From positions 171,955 to 235,954 of the forward strand of contig CAXXKX010000005.1 in assembly GCA_963676655.2 (NCBI GenBank): a stretch of 64,000 nt of DNA, in the 5' to 3' direction. Of this stretch, positions 54,696 to 63,163 are shown piece after piece; positions within the stretch are counted from its first letter, which is position 1, and each line of letters begins with the position of its first letter. This DNA is from Victivallales bacterium (GTDB taxonomy: Bacteria > Verrucomicrobiota > Lentisphaeria > Victivallales > Victivallaceae). A model generated the notes under the pieces. That model saw only the letters and a list, made by a program, of their open reading frames with translations, had not been told where the DNA came from and did no database searches. Made by a program: the position numbers and the translations under genes.

Positions 54696-54722
54696 GACAA
54701 AAACAGCGAGTCCTGCACGTGT

Positions 54723-55283
54723 GTGACATTGAGCAGTCGGAAACAGAAAACGAAAGGGTTTGAGATGCTGACCGCCGGGGGAAAGCCCCGGCCCCGCGTC
54801 TCTGAAAAGGGTAAAAAATTGGATATTGTGAAAGAGGTAATTATCCCGCTCGGGAGTGCGGTTCTGGGCTCCGGAATTGTCGGTGCGGTTCTGGGCTGGG
54901 GCTTGAATAGCCTGGCCAAACGACACGACGATCTGTCGAAAGAGGTCAAAAGCCTTCGCGATGAGAAGATTGTCAAAATGGAAAAGTCGCTCGAAAAAGA
55001 GGATAAAAATCTGAAAGACGATCTGCATAAGACCGAAGTTGACCTCAATAAAAAGATTGACAAGGTCGAAAGCAATCTCGACCGGCATAAAGAGGCCGAC
55101 GTCTCGCAGCAGGTACTGACCGAACTTAAAACCCTCAATAATACCACTTCCCGCACCGACGCCCGCGTTGCTAAAATCGCCGAGGATACAGCCAGCCAGG
55201 CCGCCCAGATTCAGGCGAATAAAGAATATATCGGTAATCTTGATGATTCATTCCAGAAGCACAAAGCAAAGGAGACACACTAA
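54723..55283 (+). CDS. Membrane-anchored coiled-coil protein, hypothetical (start may be 54765)
   Basis: 186 aa. TM IIPLGSAVLGSGIVGAVLGWGL, then a long coiled coil. Lies immediately upstream of the packaging genes. Confidence 0.55.
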   Translation: MTLSSRKQKTKGFEMLTAGGKPRPRVSEKGKKLDIVKEVIIPLGSAVLGSGIVGAVLGWGLNSLAKRHDDLSKEVKSLRDEKIVKMEKSLEKEDKNLKDDLHKTEVDLNKKIDKVESNLDRHKEADVSQQVLTELKTLNNTTSRTDARVAKIAEDTASQAAQIQANKEYIGNLDDSFQKHKAKETH

Positions 55284-55570
55284 TGAGCGCGAAAACTTAC
55301 TTGTTACGACAGGGCATTCTTGAGGCTATGAAATTTTACGGGTCGGATATGGCCTCGAACATCAGCGATATCGCCTTGCACCCCCAGGTTCAACTGCTCC
55401 GGGTTGCTGAAGACGCGATCAGCGAACAACTCGAGGAACTTGCCGGGATGGGGTACGTCGAACGCTGCCCCGGTTTCGGGGGCGGCTACTTCAAAATTAC
55501 CACGCTTGGACTTCAGCAGGTCAGCCCGGAGTTTCCAACCGATCCGTTTATATCCGGGAGACCGGCATAA
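55283..55570 (+). CDS. Small winged-helix-like protein, hypothetical
   Basis: 95 aa. TAATG overlaps at both ends. ..ISEQLEELAGMGYVERCPGFGGGYFKITTLG resembles a wHTH wing. Confidence 0.5.
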   Translation: MSAKTYLLRQGILEAMKFYGSDMASNISDIALHPQVQLLRVAEDAISEQLEELAGMGYVERCPGFGGGYFKITTLGLQQVSPEFPTDPFISGRPA

Positions 55571-56175
55571 TGGCCAGGGCCAGAAATAACATTACCCGGC
55601 TGCCGTTTGAAATTCGCGTTGGAGTTATCGCGGGAATGCTGGCTGACGGCGCTACTTATGATGAAGTTCGCGATAACCCGGCGGTTGCCGCTGCCTGCCG
55701 TGATCGCGGTGGTGTACAACTGCATAACTGCTCGTTTCTGGCCTATCGCAAAAGTAAAGAATATCAGGACGCGCTTGCCGCCAAAAGGCAAAGCAATCAG
55801 CGCTTTATAGCCAAGCGGATCAAGGCGATGTCAATCGGCGAGGCTCACGGCGTCGACAGCGTGATCAAGGTTACTGAAGCAACCCTGGTTGAGCAACTCC
55901 AGGAACTGATCGACAACGCGGAAGACGACGAACTGACCCTCGGCGCGATGTCGAAGGCCGCCGCGATCCTCAACAACCTGAAACAGTCGAAAGCCGAAAC
56001 CCGTCTCCTGAAACTCCAGCGCGAAAATGAAAATTTAAAAACCGAACTCGCCGCCCAGAAAGAAAAATACGAGGGCATAATCGAAAACCTGACCGGGAAG
56101 CAGAATCAAAAGGTCGATCCGGCGGCGGTGCAGAATCAACTTGACGACATATTGGGGCTCAACAAGAAAAAATGA
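55570..56175 (+). CDS. Putative terminase small subunit (Mu gp27/DUF3486-like)
   Basis: 201 aa. N-terminal ITRLPFEIRVGVIAGMLADGATYDEV plus a C-terminal coiled coil. Lies directly upstream of the large terminase, with ATGA coupling. Confidence 0.45.
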   Translation: MARARNNITRLPFEIRVGVIAGMLADGATYDEVRDNPAVAAACRDRGGVQLHNCSFLAYRKSKEYQDALAAKRQSNQRFIAKRIKAMSIGEAHGVDSVIKVTEATLVEQLQELIDNAEDDELTLGAMSKAAAILNNLKQSKAETRLLKLQRENENLKTELAAQKEKYEGIIENLTGKQNQKVDPAAVQNQLDDILGLNKKK

Positions 56176-57563
56176 CACAAGAGACGCCATATTTTTTGCC
56201 TTACCAGGAAAACTGGATCCTCGACGAATCCGAACTGAAGCTTTATCCGAAATCACGCCGGGTCGGGATCACTTACGGCACCAGTTACCGGTCGCACAAA
56301 AAATGTATGGAACGGCCTAATTTTACGCAATGGGTTACCAGCCGCGATATCCTGACGGCAAAAGAGTTCGTAACCGATTACATCGCGAAATGGGCCAAGG
56401 CGGCAAACGCGGTGGCCAAAGGGCTGGCCGGGGATAACGCCCAGGTGGTGGACGAACTGCACGGAATCACGGCGTTTGTGGTTGAATATGAAGCGACCGG
56501 CAGCCGGGTTGTTTCATTGTCGAGCACACCCGAAGCTTTCGCGGGAAAAGGCGGAGACGTGCTGATTGACGAGGCGGACCTGCACAAAGACAGCGGCAAA
56601 GTAATCGACATGGCGCTGCCGTGTACGACCTGGGGCGGCCAGTTGGAAGTGGTCTCCGCGCTGAAAGTCGACGGCAACGCGAACAGCCCGTTTTGCAGGC
56701 TGATGAAAGACGTCGAAACCGGCGGCAACCCGCAGGGCTGGAGTTATCACAAAACGAATATTTTACAGGCGGTCGAGCAGGGATTTGTCGAGAAGCTGAA
56801 CGAAGTCACCGGCCGGAATTACATCCGGTCCGGATGGTTGGAGAAAATGCGGGCAAAGTGCCGCAGCCAGGAAGCCTGGGACAGCCAGTACATGATTATC
56901 CCGCAGGACGCGGGCGGCTCGCTGTTGAGCTACGAATTGATAGGCCAGGCCGAAAACGACAAGTGCCCGATCGATCCGCGCGGCGCGACCTACATCGGAA
57001 TGGATATCGGCCGAAAACACGACTTGACGGTAATCTGGCAGCTTTGCCGTCTCGGCGATGTCTTCTGGACGACAAAATTAAAAGTCCTGGAAAAAACGCC
57101 GTTCCGCGATCAGCTGGACGTGCTGTGCCGGATACTGGAACGCGAACGCGTGACGCGCTGCTGCATTGACGCGACCGGGATCGGCGCGATGCTGGCCGAA
57201 GAGGCGCAGCGGCGCTTCGGAGAATACAAAGTTGAAGCAGTCGGCTTTACCGCCGCCGCCAAAGACGAAATGGCAAACCTGATGTTGCAGCGTTTCCAGG
57301 ACGCGCAGGTCAGAATCCCGCAGAACCGGGAAATCCGGGAAGATTTGCACAAAGTGGCCAAGGTCGTTACCGCCGCCGGGAATATCCGCTATCAGGCTGA
57401 AAGTGACGATGCCGGACACGCCGACCGTTTCTGGGCATTGGCGCTGGCGCTGCTGGCCGCCGGGAACGATTCCGGAGTTGCAGACGCGCTGGAGATCAAA
57501 GATGATTCCCGTTACGGGCGGGGTGACGAATACGACCAGGTCTACGGCAGTGACCGCTATTGA
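56172..57563 (+). CDS. Terminase large subunit (Mu gp28-like)
   Basis: 463 aa. N-terminal YFLPYQENWILDES...KSRRVGITY and a C-terminal nuclease-like DATGIG...D motif. Confidence 0.8.
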   Translation: MTQETPYFLPYQENWILDESELKLYPKSRRVGITYGTSYRSHKKCMERPNFTQWVTSRDILTAKEFVTDYIAKWAKAANAVAKGLAGDNAQVVDELHGITAFVVEYEATGSRVVSLSSTPEAFAGKGGDVLIDEADLHKDSGKVIDMALPCTTWGGQLEVVSALKVDGNANSPFCRLMKDVETGGNPQGWSYHKTNILQAVEQGFVEKLNEVTGRNYIRSGWLEKMRAKCRSQEAWDSQYMIIPQDAGGSLLSYELIGQAENDKCPIDPRGATYIGMDIGRKHDLTVIWQLCRLGDVFWTTKLKVLEKTPFRDQLDVLCRILERERVTRCCIDATGIGAMLAEEAQRRFGEYKVEAVGFTAAAKDEMANLMLQRFQDAQVRIPQNREIREDLHKVAKVVTAAGNIRYQAESDDAGHADRFWALALALLAAGNDSGVADALEIKDDSRYGRGDEYDQVYGSDRY

Positions 57564-57567
57564 ACAA

Positions 57568-57633
57568 AAACAATCGCCGTTCGGAGTCCGGCTCCCACGG
57601 AAACAATCGCCGTTCGGAGGTTGGCTCCCACGG
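57568..57633 (+). repeat. 33-bp tandem duplication of a type-a GC hairpin element (terminase/portal gap)
   Basis: AAACAATCGCCGTTCGGAGTCCGGCTCCCACGG then AAACAATCGCCGTTCGGAGGTTGGCTCCCACGG. Confidence 0.85.
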
Positions 57634-57650
57634 TACTAAATGGAGGTTTT

Positions 57651-59333
57651 ATGAATTGGTTAACTAACGTTTATCATCGGTTCGCGCCGATGAAAAGTCC
57701 GGAGAGTTCCGGCGGGAAAACCGCGCCGAAATCCACGAGCGCCCAGGAATTTGACGAACTTTTCGAGTCCTGGAACTCGCTGACCGGCGTCAAGTTGACC
57801 GGGACGCGGATTCAGAGCATTTTAAAAGACGCTGACGCGGGCAACTGCTCCGACCAGGCGGCATTGATCGAGGTTATCCAGGAAGCGGAACCGATTATTG
57901 GGGGTCACCTGGATACCAGGAAACGCGCGGCGCTGGCCGTGCCGTGGCGGATCGAGGGCGGCAGCCAAAAGGACCGGGACGATTTAACCAGGATGTTCGA
58001 ACGGATCAAAATCCAGAAGCTTCGCCGCCACTTGCTCGACGCTATCGCCCAGGGTTACGCCTGTGCCGGGTTGATCTGGAAACCCGGCGGCGGCGAGATT
58101 ACCGGCTGGACCGAGGTACACCCGACAAACATCCTGTTCGACGGCGGCAGCAATGCCGGATTGTTGACCCGGTCTGGAGAAAAGGCGCTGGCGGTCTGGC
58201 ATCCGAATCAATTCCTGATGCACATTCATAAAGCCAAACCGGGCCTGCCGTGCCGGGGCGCGCTGCTCCGGACCTTGATCTGGAGTTACTTTTTTAAATT
58301 TTACGGCGTCAGGGATTACGCCAGGTTTATCGAGCGGTTTGGAATGCCGTTTATCGTTGCCAAGTTAAGCGATGACGATTTCTCTAACGATGAGAAGACT
58401 GCCCGGATTATTAACGCGATCCGTGCGCTCGGCAGCTCCGGCGTCGCGGCGGTAACCAAAGCGACTGATCTGGAAAATCAGGCGGTAGCCGCTGGCGGTA
58501 AAGCTGAATTTTTCAACTGGTTCAAATATCTGGATGACGTTTTCGCGCTGGTGATCCTGGGCCAGATAGCTTCGAGTAAGGAAGCCAACGGCATGAGCAA
58601 CGGTGATCTGCAAAGCGACGTCAAAGATGACCTGACCGCGTCCGACAGCGAAATGATGGAGGAAAGCTTTAACACCGGATTGGTTCAGCCACTGGACCGG
58701 TTCCGAAACGGTCGGGAAACCGGGCTCCACATTATTTTCGCGTCGGAACCGGCCGAAGATTTACAAGACAAAGCCGACCTGGTGACAAAGCTGGCCGGGG
58801 CCGGTTACAAAGCCAAACGCGACTGGGTCGAAAAAGTTTTCGAAATCCCGCTGCAAGAGGAAAAAGAACCGGAAGTCGACAAAGATAAATCCCAAACGCT
58901 TAAAACGCGCGAAAAATCGCCGAAGAGCCCCGACCCGTCCGATGACCCGGATAAGGCGTTAAACGCGCTTTCTGATGCTGATGTGGCCAATCCAGGGCCG
59001 AATATGGCGAATGCCTTAATTGCGAAAGAGGAGCTGATCGCGCAGCTGACGGAAAACACGCTTCGGGAACTCTTCGTCAACAGCGACACGATGACGGAAT
59101 TCTATTTTCCGCTGACGGCCGCGATCCGGAGCAGCTTTAAAGAAGTTGACCCGAACGATCCCGAGCTCGTCGAAAAGTTTGTCGCGGCCACTGACGGCTT
59201 CTTTGAAAAATATCCGTCGCTTTACGAAGAATTCGACAGTTCCGGACTGGAGAAAGCCGTTTCCGGCGCGATGCTGGCGGCCAACGTCAACGGCTATACC
59301 AACGCCAAAAACTTAACGAAAGGTTCAAAATGA
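57651..59333 (+). CDS. Portal protein (Mu gp29 / DUF935 family)
   Basis: ATG 57651 follows GGAGG (the track start 57621 lies in the repeat). Size and position fit, and ..FIERFGMPFIVAK.. is a DUF935-like core. Confidence 0.75.
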   Translation: MNWLTNVYHRFAPMKSPESSGGKTAPKSTSAQEFDELFESWNSLTGVKLTGTRIQSILKDADAGNCSDQAALIEVIQEAEPIIGGHLDTRKRAALAVPWRIEGGSQKDRDDLTRMFERIKIQKLRRHLLDAIAQGYACAGLIWKPGGGEITGWTEVHPTNILFDGGSNAGLLTRSGEKALAVWHPNQFLMHIHKAKPGLPCRGALLRTLIWSYFFKFYGVRDYARFIERFGMPFIVAKLSDDDFSNDEKTARIINAIRALGSSGVAAVTKATDLENQAVAAGGKAEFFNWFKYLDDVFALVILGQIASSKEANGMSNGDLQSDVKDDLTASDSEMMEESFNTGLVQPLDRFRNGRETGLHIIFASEPAEDLQDKADLVTKLAGAGYKAKRDWVEKVFEIPLQEEKEPEVDKDKSQTLKTREKSPKSPDPSDDPDKALNALSDADVANPGPNMANALIAKEELIAQLTENTLRELFVNSDTMTEFYFPLTAAIRSSFKEVDPNDPELVEKFVAATDGFFEKYPSLYEEFDSSGLEKAVSGAMLAANVNGYTNAKNLTKGSK

Positions 59334-60406
59334 AAATTACCGATCTGAAAAGATATATCGTTCTCAGCGCGGCGCCACTTTTTGAAATTGGCGAGGAAAT
59401 CCCGGAGGAATTTCCGGTATTTGAATACGGCAAAACCGAATTCATTAAAGACGGCAAGCCCGATTTTTATACATTCAGCGAGAGCGACGCGGATAATATC
59501 ATTGCGCTTTTTGCCAGGAAAGGCAACGACGGGATTATCGACTACGAACACCAGCTGCTGCGTTCAATGTTTAACGGGTTGCCGGTCCCTGCCGCCGCCT
59601 GGATCAAGAGAGTTTACAAAATGCCCGACGGTCTTTGGTGTTCCGCCTCCTGGACACCAAAGGCCCGAGGGTTTCTGGAGAACGGGGAGTATAAATATAT
59701 CTCGCCGGTTTTCAAGGCTTCCAGAACAGGGAAAAATATCACTGAATTATTCAATATTTCACTAACCGCCAGACCGTCGACGAATAACCAGCGAAGTTTG
59801 ATAGCCGCTGACGATTTTACCGAAGGCTTTGACGGGCTCGAAACAAATAAACAACCAAAAAGAGGAAGCAAAATGAACGAAATTCTGCTTTTGCTCGGAC
59901 TGACGGCGCTGGCCGATTCCGACGATCAGGCCGCGATTAACAGCGGCATGAAAACCGCAATCCAGGGGCTCCTGGACGGCAAAAAGGCAACCGACGATTT
60001 CCTGGCGCTGCATGACGCTGACTGCCTGGATGTCGTAACCGCGAAGATCGGCCAGATGGTTCCGGCCACTGAAAAGATCGATCTCGAGAATAAAATCAAA
60101 CAGCGCGACGCTGATGACGCGGTTATGCAGTATCTCTCGGACGGCAAACTGACGGACGCTCAGAAAGACTCCGCGAAAGTTTTCGCGCTGAACGATCTGG
60201 AGGCGTTCAAAAAATTCTATGACGCCGCTCCGGTAATCGTGCCGAATAACAACGGCGTAACCAACCTGGAAAATCCAAACGGCGGTGACGGCGACGACAG
60301 CGAAGTAAAAGCGTTGTCCGACTCGGAAATTGAGATTCTGGGTAATCTCGGCCTCGAGGGAGATGCTCTCAAGGCAGCCGCTAAAGACCTTAAGAAAGGA
60401 GCGTAA
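59330..60406 (+). CDS. Head protease/scaffold (Mu gpI-like)
   Basis: 358 aa. ..FPVFEYGKTEFIKDGKPDFYTFSESDADNIIALFARKGNDGIIDYEHQ resembles the Mu I family. ATGA overlap with the portal stop. Confidence 0.65.
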   Translation: MKITDLKRYIVLSAAPLFEIGEEIPEEFPVFEYGKTEFIKDGKPDFYTFSESDADNIIALFARKGNDGIIDYEHQLLRSMFNGLPVPAAAWIKRVYKMPDGLWCSASWTPKARGFLENGEYKYISPVFKASRTGKNITELFNISLTARPSTNNQRSLIAADDFTEGFDGLETNKQPKRGSKMNEILLLLGLTALADSDDQAAINSGMKTAIQGLLDGKKATDDFLALHDADCLDVVTAKIGQMVPATEKIDLENKIKQRDADDAVMQYLSDGKLTDAQKDSAKVFALNDLEAFKKFYDAAPVIVPNNNGVTNLENPNGGDGDDSEVKALSDSEIEILGNLGLEGDALKAAAKDLKKGA

Positions 60407-60409
60407 ATC

Positions 60410-61036
60410 ATGGCTGAACTCACTGCGAACCTGAAAACTTTTGAGCGGCAGATCAATCTGCGCCGTTTTCCTGTCAAGGATGGCGAAATCATGTATGCAG
60501 GCGGCATCGGCGCGGTCAATACGTCCACCGGCGAAGCCGAAATGGCGTCCGACAGTGCGAACCTGGTTGTCGGCGGCCGCGTCGAATCTTATATCGACAA
60601 TACCAACGACGGCCTTTACGTCAACTTGAAAGTTGGCTGTTTCCGCTGGAACAATTCGGAGACAAACGCGGTTACCGTCGCTAACCTGAACCGGATCGTC
60701 TATATCGAAGATGACAACACGATCAGCTCCAACCCGGGAGATAACGCGGTTATCGCCGGGGTTCTGGTCGAAATCGAAACCGCCGGTGTCTGGGTTGACA
60801 ATACCCCGAGCGGTATTGCCGCCGCCCTCGGCATTATTCTGCCGGAATCCGCTTTCAGCCAGGCGGATGCCGTTGCCGACTTGACTGATAACAGCAGCGG
60901 AACCAGCGGAGGTGATACAATTGCTGAAGTCACCGACGTCGCTTCCGCCGCTAACGCGATTGCTACCCTCGCCGCCAAGTTTAACGCCACTTTGGCAGAG
61001 CTTCGCCAGGGCAGCTTTATCGCAACGGCTGAGTAA
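60410..61036 (+). CDS. Head-associated protein, hypothetical (DUF2190-like decoration protein?)
   Basis: 208 aa, between the protease/scaffold and major capsid genes. The beta-rich N-part has GVLVEIETAGVWV. Confidence 0.4.
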   Translation: MAELTANLKTFERQINLRRFPVKDGEIMYAGGIGAVNTSTGEAEMASDSANLVVGGRVESYIDNTNDGLYVNLKVGCFRWNNSETNAVTVANLNRIVYIEDDNTISSNPGDNAVIAGVLVEIETAGVWVDNTPSGIAAALGIILPESAFSQADAVADLTDNSSGTSGGDTIAEVTDVASAANAIATLAAKFNATLAELRQGSFIATAE

Positions 61037-61065
61037 TTAACCTCTAGTCCGGAAAGGAAATACAA

Positions 61066-61968
61066 ATGGATATTAACAGAGGAAATATGAACGCCCTCTT
61101 TGCCGGGTTCAAAAGCAATTTTCAAGAGGGTATGGGAATGGCAGATAAAAGCTATCTGCGCTTCACCACTACCGTCAAATCTACTCATGCGTCAGAAATC
61201 TTTCCGTTCCTGGAACGTTTCGGCGGTATGCGCGAGTGGATCGGCGACCGGCAGATCAAATCCGTCGCCAGCCATAAGTATACCATCGTTAACGACGAAT
61301 TCGAGGATACCGTCGGCGTCAAGCGCAACGACATTGAGGACGATTCTTACGGCCTGTATAAACCGATCCTCGAAGATCTGGGCTTTAACGCCGAAGACCT
61401 CTGGCGGGAACTGGCTGAGGCGGCTTTGTCCGGCGGCTTTGCGGCCGAATGGATTGACGAGCTGGCCTTTTTCAGCGATACCAGAACCTACGGCGAGAAT
61501 ACGATCGCGAATCTCGGTTCCGCCGCTTTGAGCGCGACGGCATTTAACGCGGCTCAAACCGCGATGATGCAGTATAAAGGGCATAACGGCAAATATCTGG
61601 GAGTTAAGCCCGATCTGCTGGTTGTCGGCCCGAGCAACAGGGGAACCGCTTTCGATATCCTGAAAAACGAACTGGTTATCAAAACTTCCGGCAGCAACGC
61701 CGGGGTTATTCAGAACCAGAATGCGTTCGAGGGAACCGTCGACTACCTGGTTGTCGACAGCCTGGGATCGGAATGGTACCTGGCTTCGACCAAACGGCCA
61801 CTGAAGCCTGTCGGCGTTCAACAGCGTGTTATGCCGACCCTGACTAAAATGGATCAGGAAACCGATGAAAACGTATTCATGAAAAGTCAGATAATCTACG
61901 GCACCCGGGCGCGTGGCGCCGGATTCCTGACGTTCCCGCACTTGATCTATGCAAGTGATCCGTCTTAA
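61066..61968 (+). CDS. Major capsid protein (Mu gpT-like)
   Basis: 300 aa. ..EIFPFLERFGGMREWIGDRQIKSVASHKYTIVNDEFEDTVGVKRNDIEDDSYGLYKP matches the gpT family signature region. Confidence 0.85.
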   Translation: MDINRGNMNALFAGFKSNFQEGMGMADKSYLRFTTTVKSTHASEIFPFLERFGGMREWIGDRQIKSVASHKYTIVNDEFEDTVGVKRNDIEDDSYGLYKPILEDLGFNAEDLWRELAEAALSGGFAAEWIDELAFFSDTRTYGENTIANLGSAALSATAFNAAQTAMMQYKGHNGKYLGVKPDLLVVGPSNRGTAFDILKNELVIKTSGSNAGVIQNQNAFEGTVDYLVVDSLGSEWYLASTKRPLKPVGVQQRVMPTLTKMDQETDENVFMKSQIIYGTRARGAGFLTFPHLIYASDPS

Positions 61969-61992
61969 TCGTTAACCTCCTTTTTTGTTAGT

Positions 61993-62016
61993 GGGTTCCG
62001 GCTTTGGCCGGAACCC
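61993..62016 (+). other. Strong GC hairpin just after the capsid gene (attenuator/stability element candidate)
   Basis: GGGTTCCGGC-tttg-GCCGGAACCC, a 10-bp perfect stem with no U-run. Confidence 0.45.
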
Positions 62017-62034
62017 CGTTCAGGAGTATGAATT

Positions 62035-62460
62035 ATGAGCTATATCACATTTGAAGACGTAACGGATCGAATTCCGTTGGCCAACCTGGAGAAGCTTTGC
62101 AAGGTTTCCGGAGACGAACTGACGGAAATGGTCGACGCGATAATCGGCCAGGCCGAAAGCACGGTCAACGGTTACGCCGCGAGTAAATACGCGTTACCGC
62201 TGCCGGTCTCGCCGCTGCCCGGGCGCTGGAGCCTGGCGATCGCGGAACACGAAATTTACAAACTCGGCCCAGGCGGCACGGTGCCGGAAAAAATTCGCAA
62301 AGGGTTTGAAGACACAATGAAAGAGCTGCGCGATCTGGCCGCCGGGACAATCTCGCTGCCGGTCGGCGACGACGGGACGGAACCGGAACAAAAGGTCGGG
62401 GCCGCGATCAAAGTCGCGAGCAATACGATGATAATGGGTGATTCAATTTACGGATACTGA
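62035..62460 (+). CDS. DUF1320 (Mu gp36-like) head-tail connector protein
   Basis: 141 aa. MSYITFEDVTDRIPLANLEKL...AIIGQAESTVNGYAASKYALPL is the typical DUF1320 N-terminus. Confidence 0.7.
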   Translation: MSYITFEDVTDRIPLANLEKLCKVSGDELTEMVDAIIGQAESTVNGYAASKYALPLPVSPLPGRWSLAIAEHEIYKLGPGGTVPEKIRKGFEDTMKELRDLAAGTISLPVGDDGTEPEQKVGAAIKVASNTMIMGDSIYGY

Positions 62461-62464
62461 ATTT

Positions 62465-62492
62465 AACCACTGAAAGCACGGAAAACACGGAG
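62465..62492 (+). repeat. Degenerate 5'-arm-like copy I
   Basis: aaCCACTGAAagCACGGAAaaCACGGAG followed by TTTTTTT. Confidence 0.4.
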
Positions 62493-62540
62493 TTTTTTTA
62501 TTAAGTAAGGTTCAAAAGGAATACTTTCCTTTTCCAACAT

Positions 62541-62598
62541 TCCTAATTTCTAATTGCCCTTCGCTATGCTCGCGCTTATATATATCCTAATTTCTAAT
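62541..62598. repeat. Two TCCTAATTTCTAAT dimers separated by 30 bp
   Basis: 62541-62554 and 62585-62598. Same orientation as the arrays at 41883 and 47305. Confidence 0.75.
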
Positions 62599-62605
62599 TA
62601 TAAAA

Positions 62606-63157
62606 ATGACAACGATAACCATAACACCGGATACAACTTCGCTGCAAACAATTGCCGGACACGTTTCAAACCCCTCGGAACGACGCGAGCTCTTCGCGAT
62701 GATCAGGGGCGCGATGAAAAACTCACTAAAAAAAGCGGCCCTGGCGAAAAAGAAAAGCGGTTTTTGGCTTGAGGTAGCCAAGACTGTCACCGGCGAATCG
62801 GACGCGAATTCGGCAATCGCCGGGGCGACTCATCCGGCGGCGGCGATCCGGCAATTCGGCGGCACGATCAGCGCGCCCGGTCAGGACTCGCTTGCCACCG
62901 GCGCGAAATACCTGTCGATCCCGGTAAGCGACCGGGCAAAAGGCAAAAGCCCTAAGCAATTCCCCGACCTGTTTTTTGTAATGGCCAGCGGCGGCGGGAA
63001 ATATTTATTCGACGCGGCCCATGAGGGCGAATTGATGTACGTGCTGAAAAAATCCGTGACCCATCCGGCCGATCCGTGGGTGCCGTCAGAATCCCAAATC
63101 GGAAAAGACCTCCGGAAAGCAACTAAAGCCTGGCTGGACAGCCGGAAAAGAAATTGA
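62606..63157 (+). CDS. Late-operon assembly protein, function unassigned (possible virion-morphogenesis/head-completion protein)
   Basis: 183 aa. Position after the DUF1320 gene is as in Mu-like head modules. Confidence 0.5.
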   Translation: MTTITITPDTTSLQTIAGHVSNPSERRELFAMIRGAMKNSLKKAALAKKKSGFWLEVAKTVTGESDANSAIAGATHPAAAIRQFGGTISAPGQDSLATGAKYLSIPVSDRAKGKSPKQFPDLFFVMASGGGKYLFDAAHEGELMYVLKKSVTHPADPWVPSESQIGKDLRKATKAWLDSRKRN

Positions 63158-63163
63158 AGAATG

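Noticed and set aside
54509-55156. Minus-strand ORFs of 215 and 186 aa (54509..55156, 54528..55088)
   Set aside because: They are S/L/R-rich low-complexity translations. They lie antisense to the coiled-coil gene 54723..55283 and run into the repeat patchwork, with no SD.
60410-61036. Anti-CRISPR/accessory locus between the protease-scaffold and capsid genes, by analogy with Pseudomonas Mu-like phages
   Set aside because: There is only one 208-aa beta-rich ORF here, tightly packed with no promoter or aca-like HTH gene. A head decoration or accessory structural role is more parsimonious.
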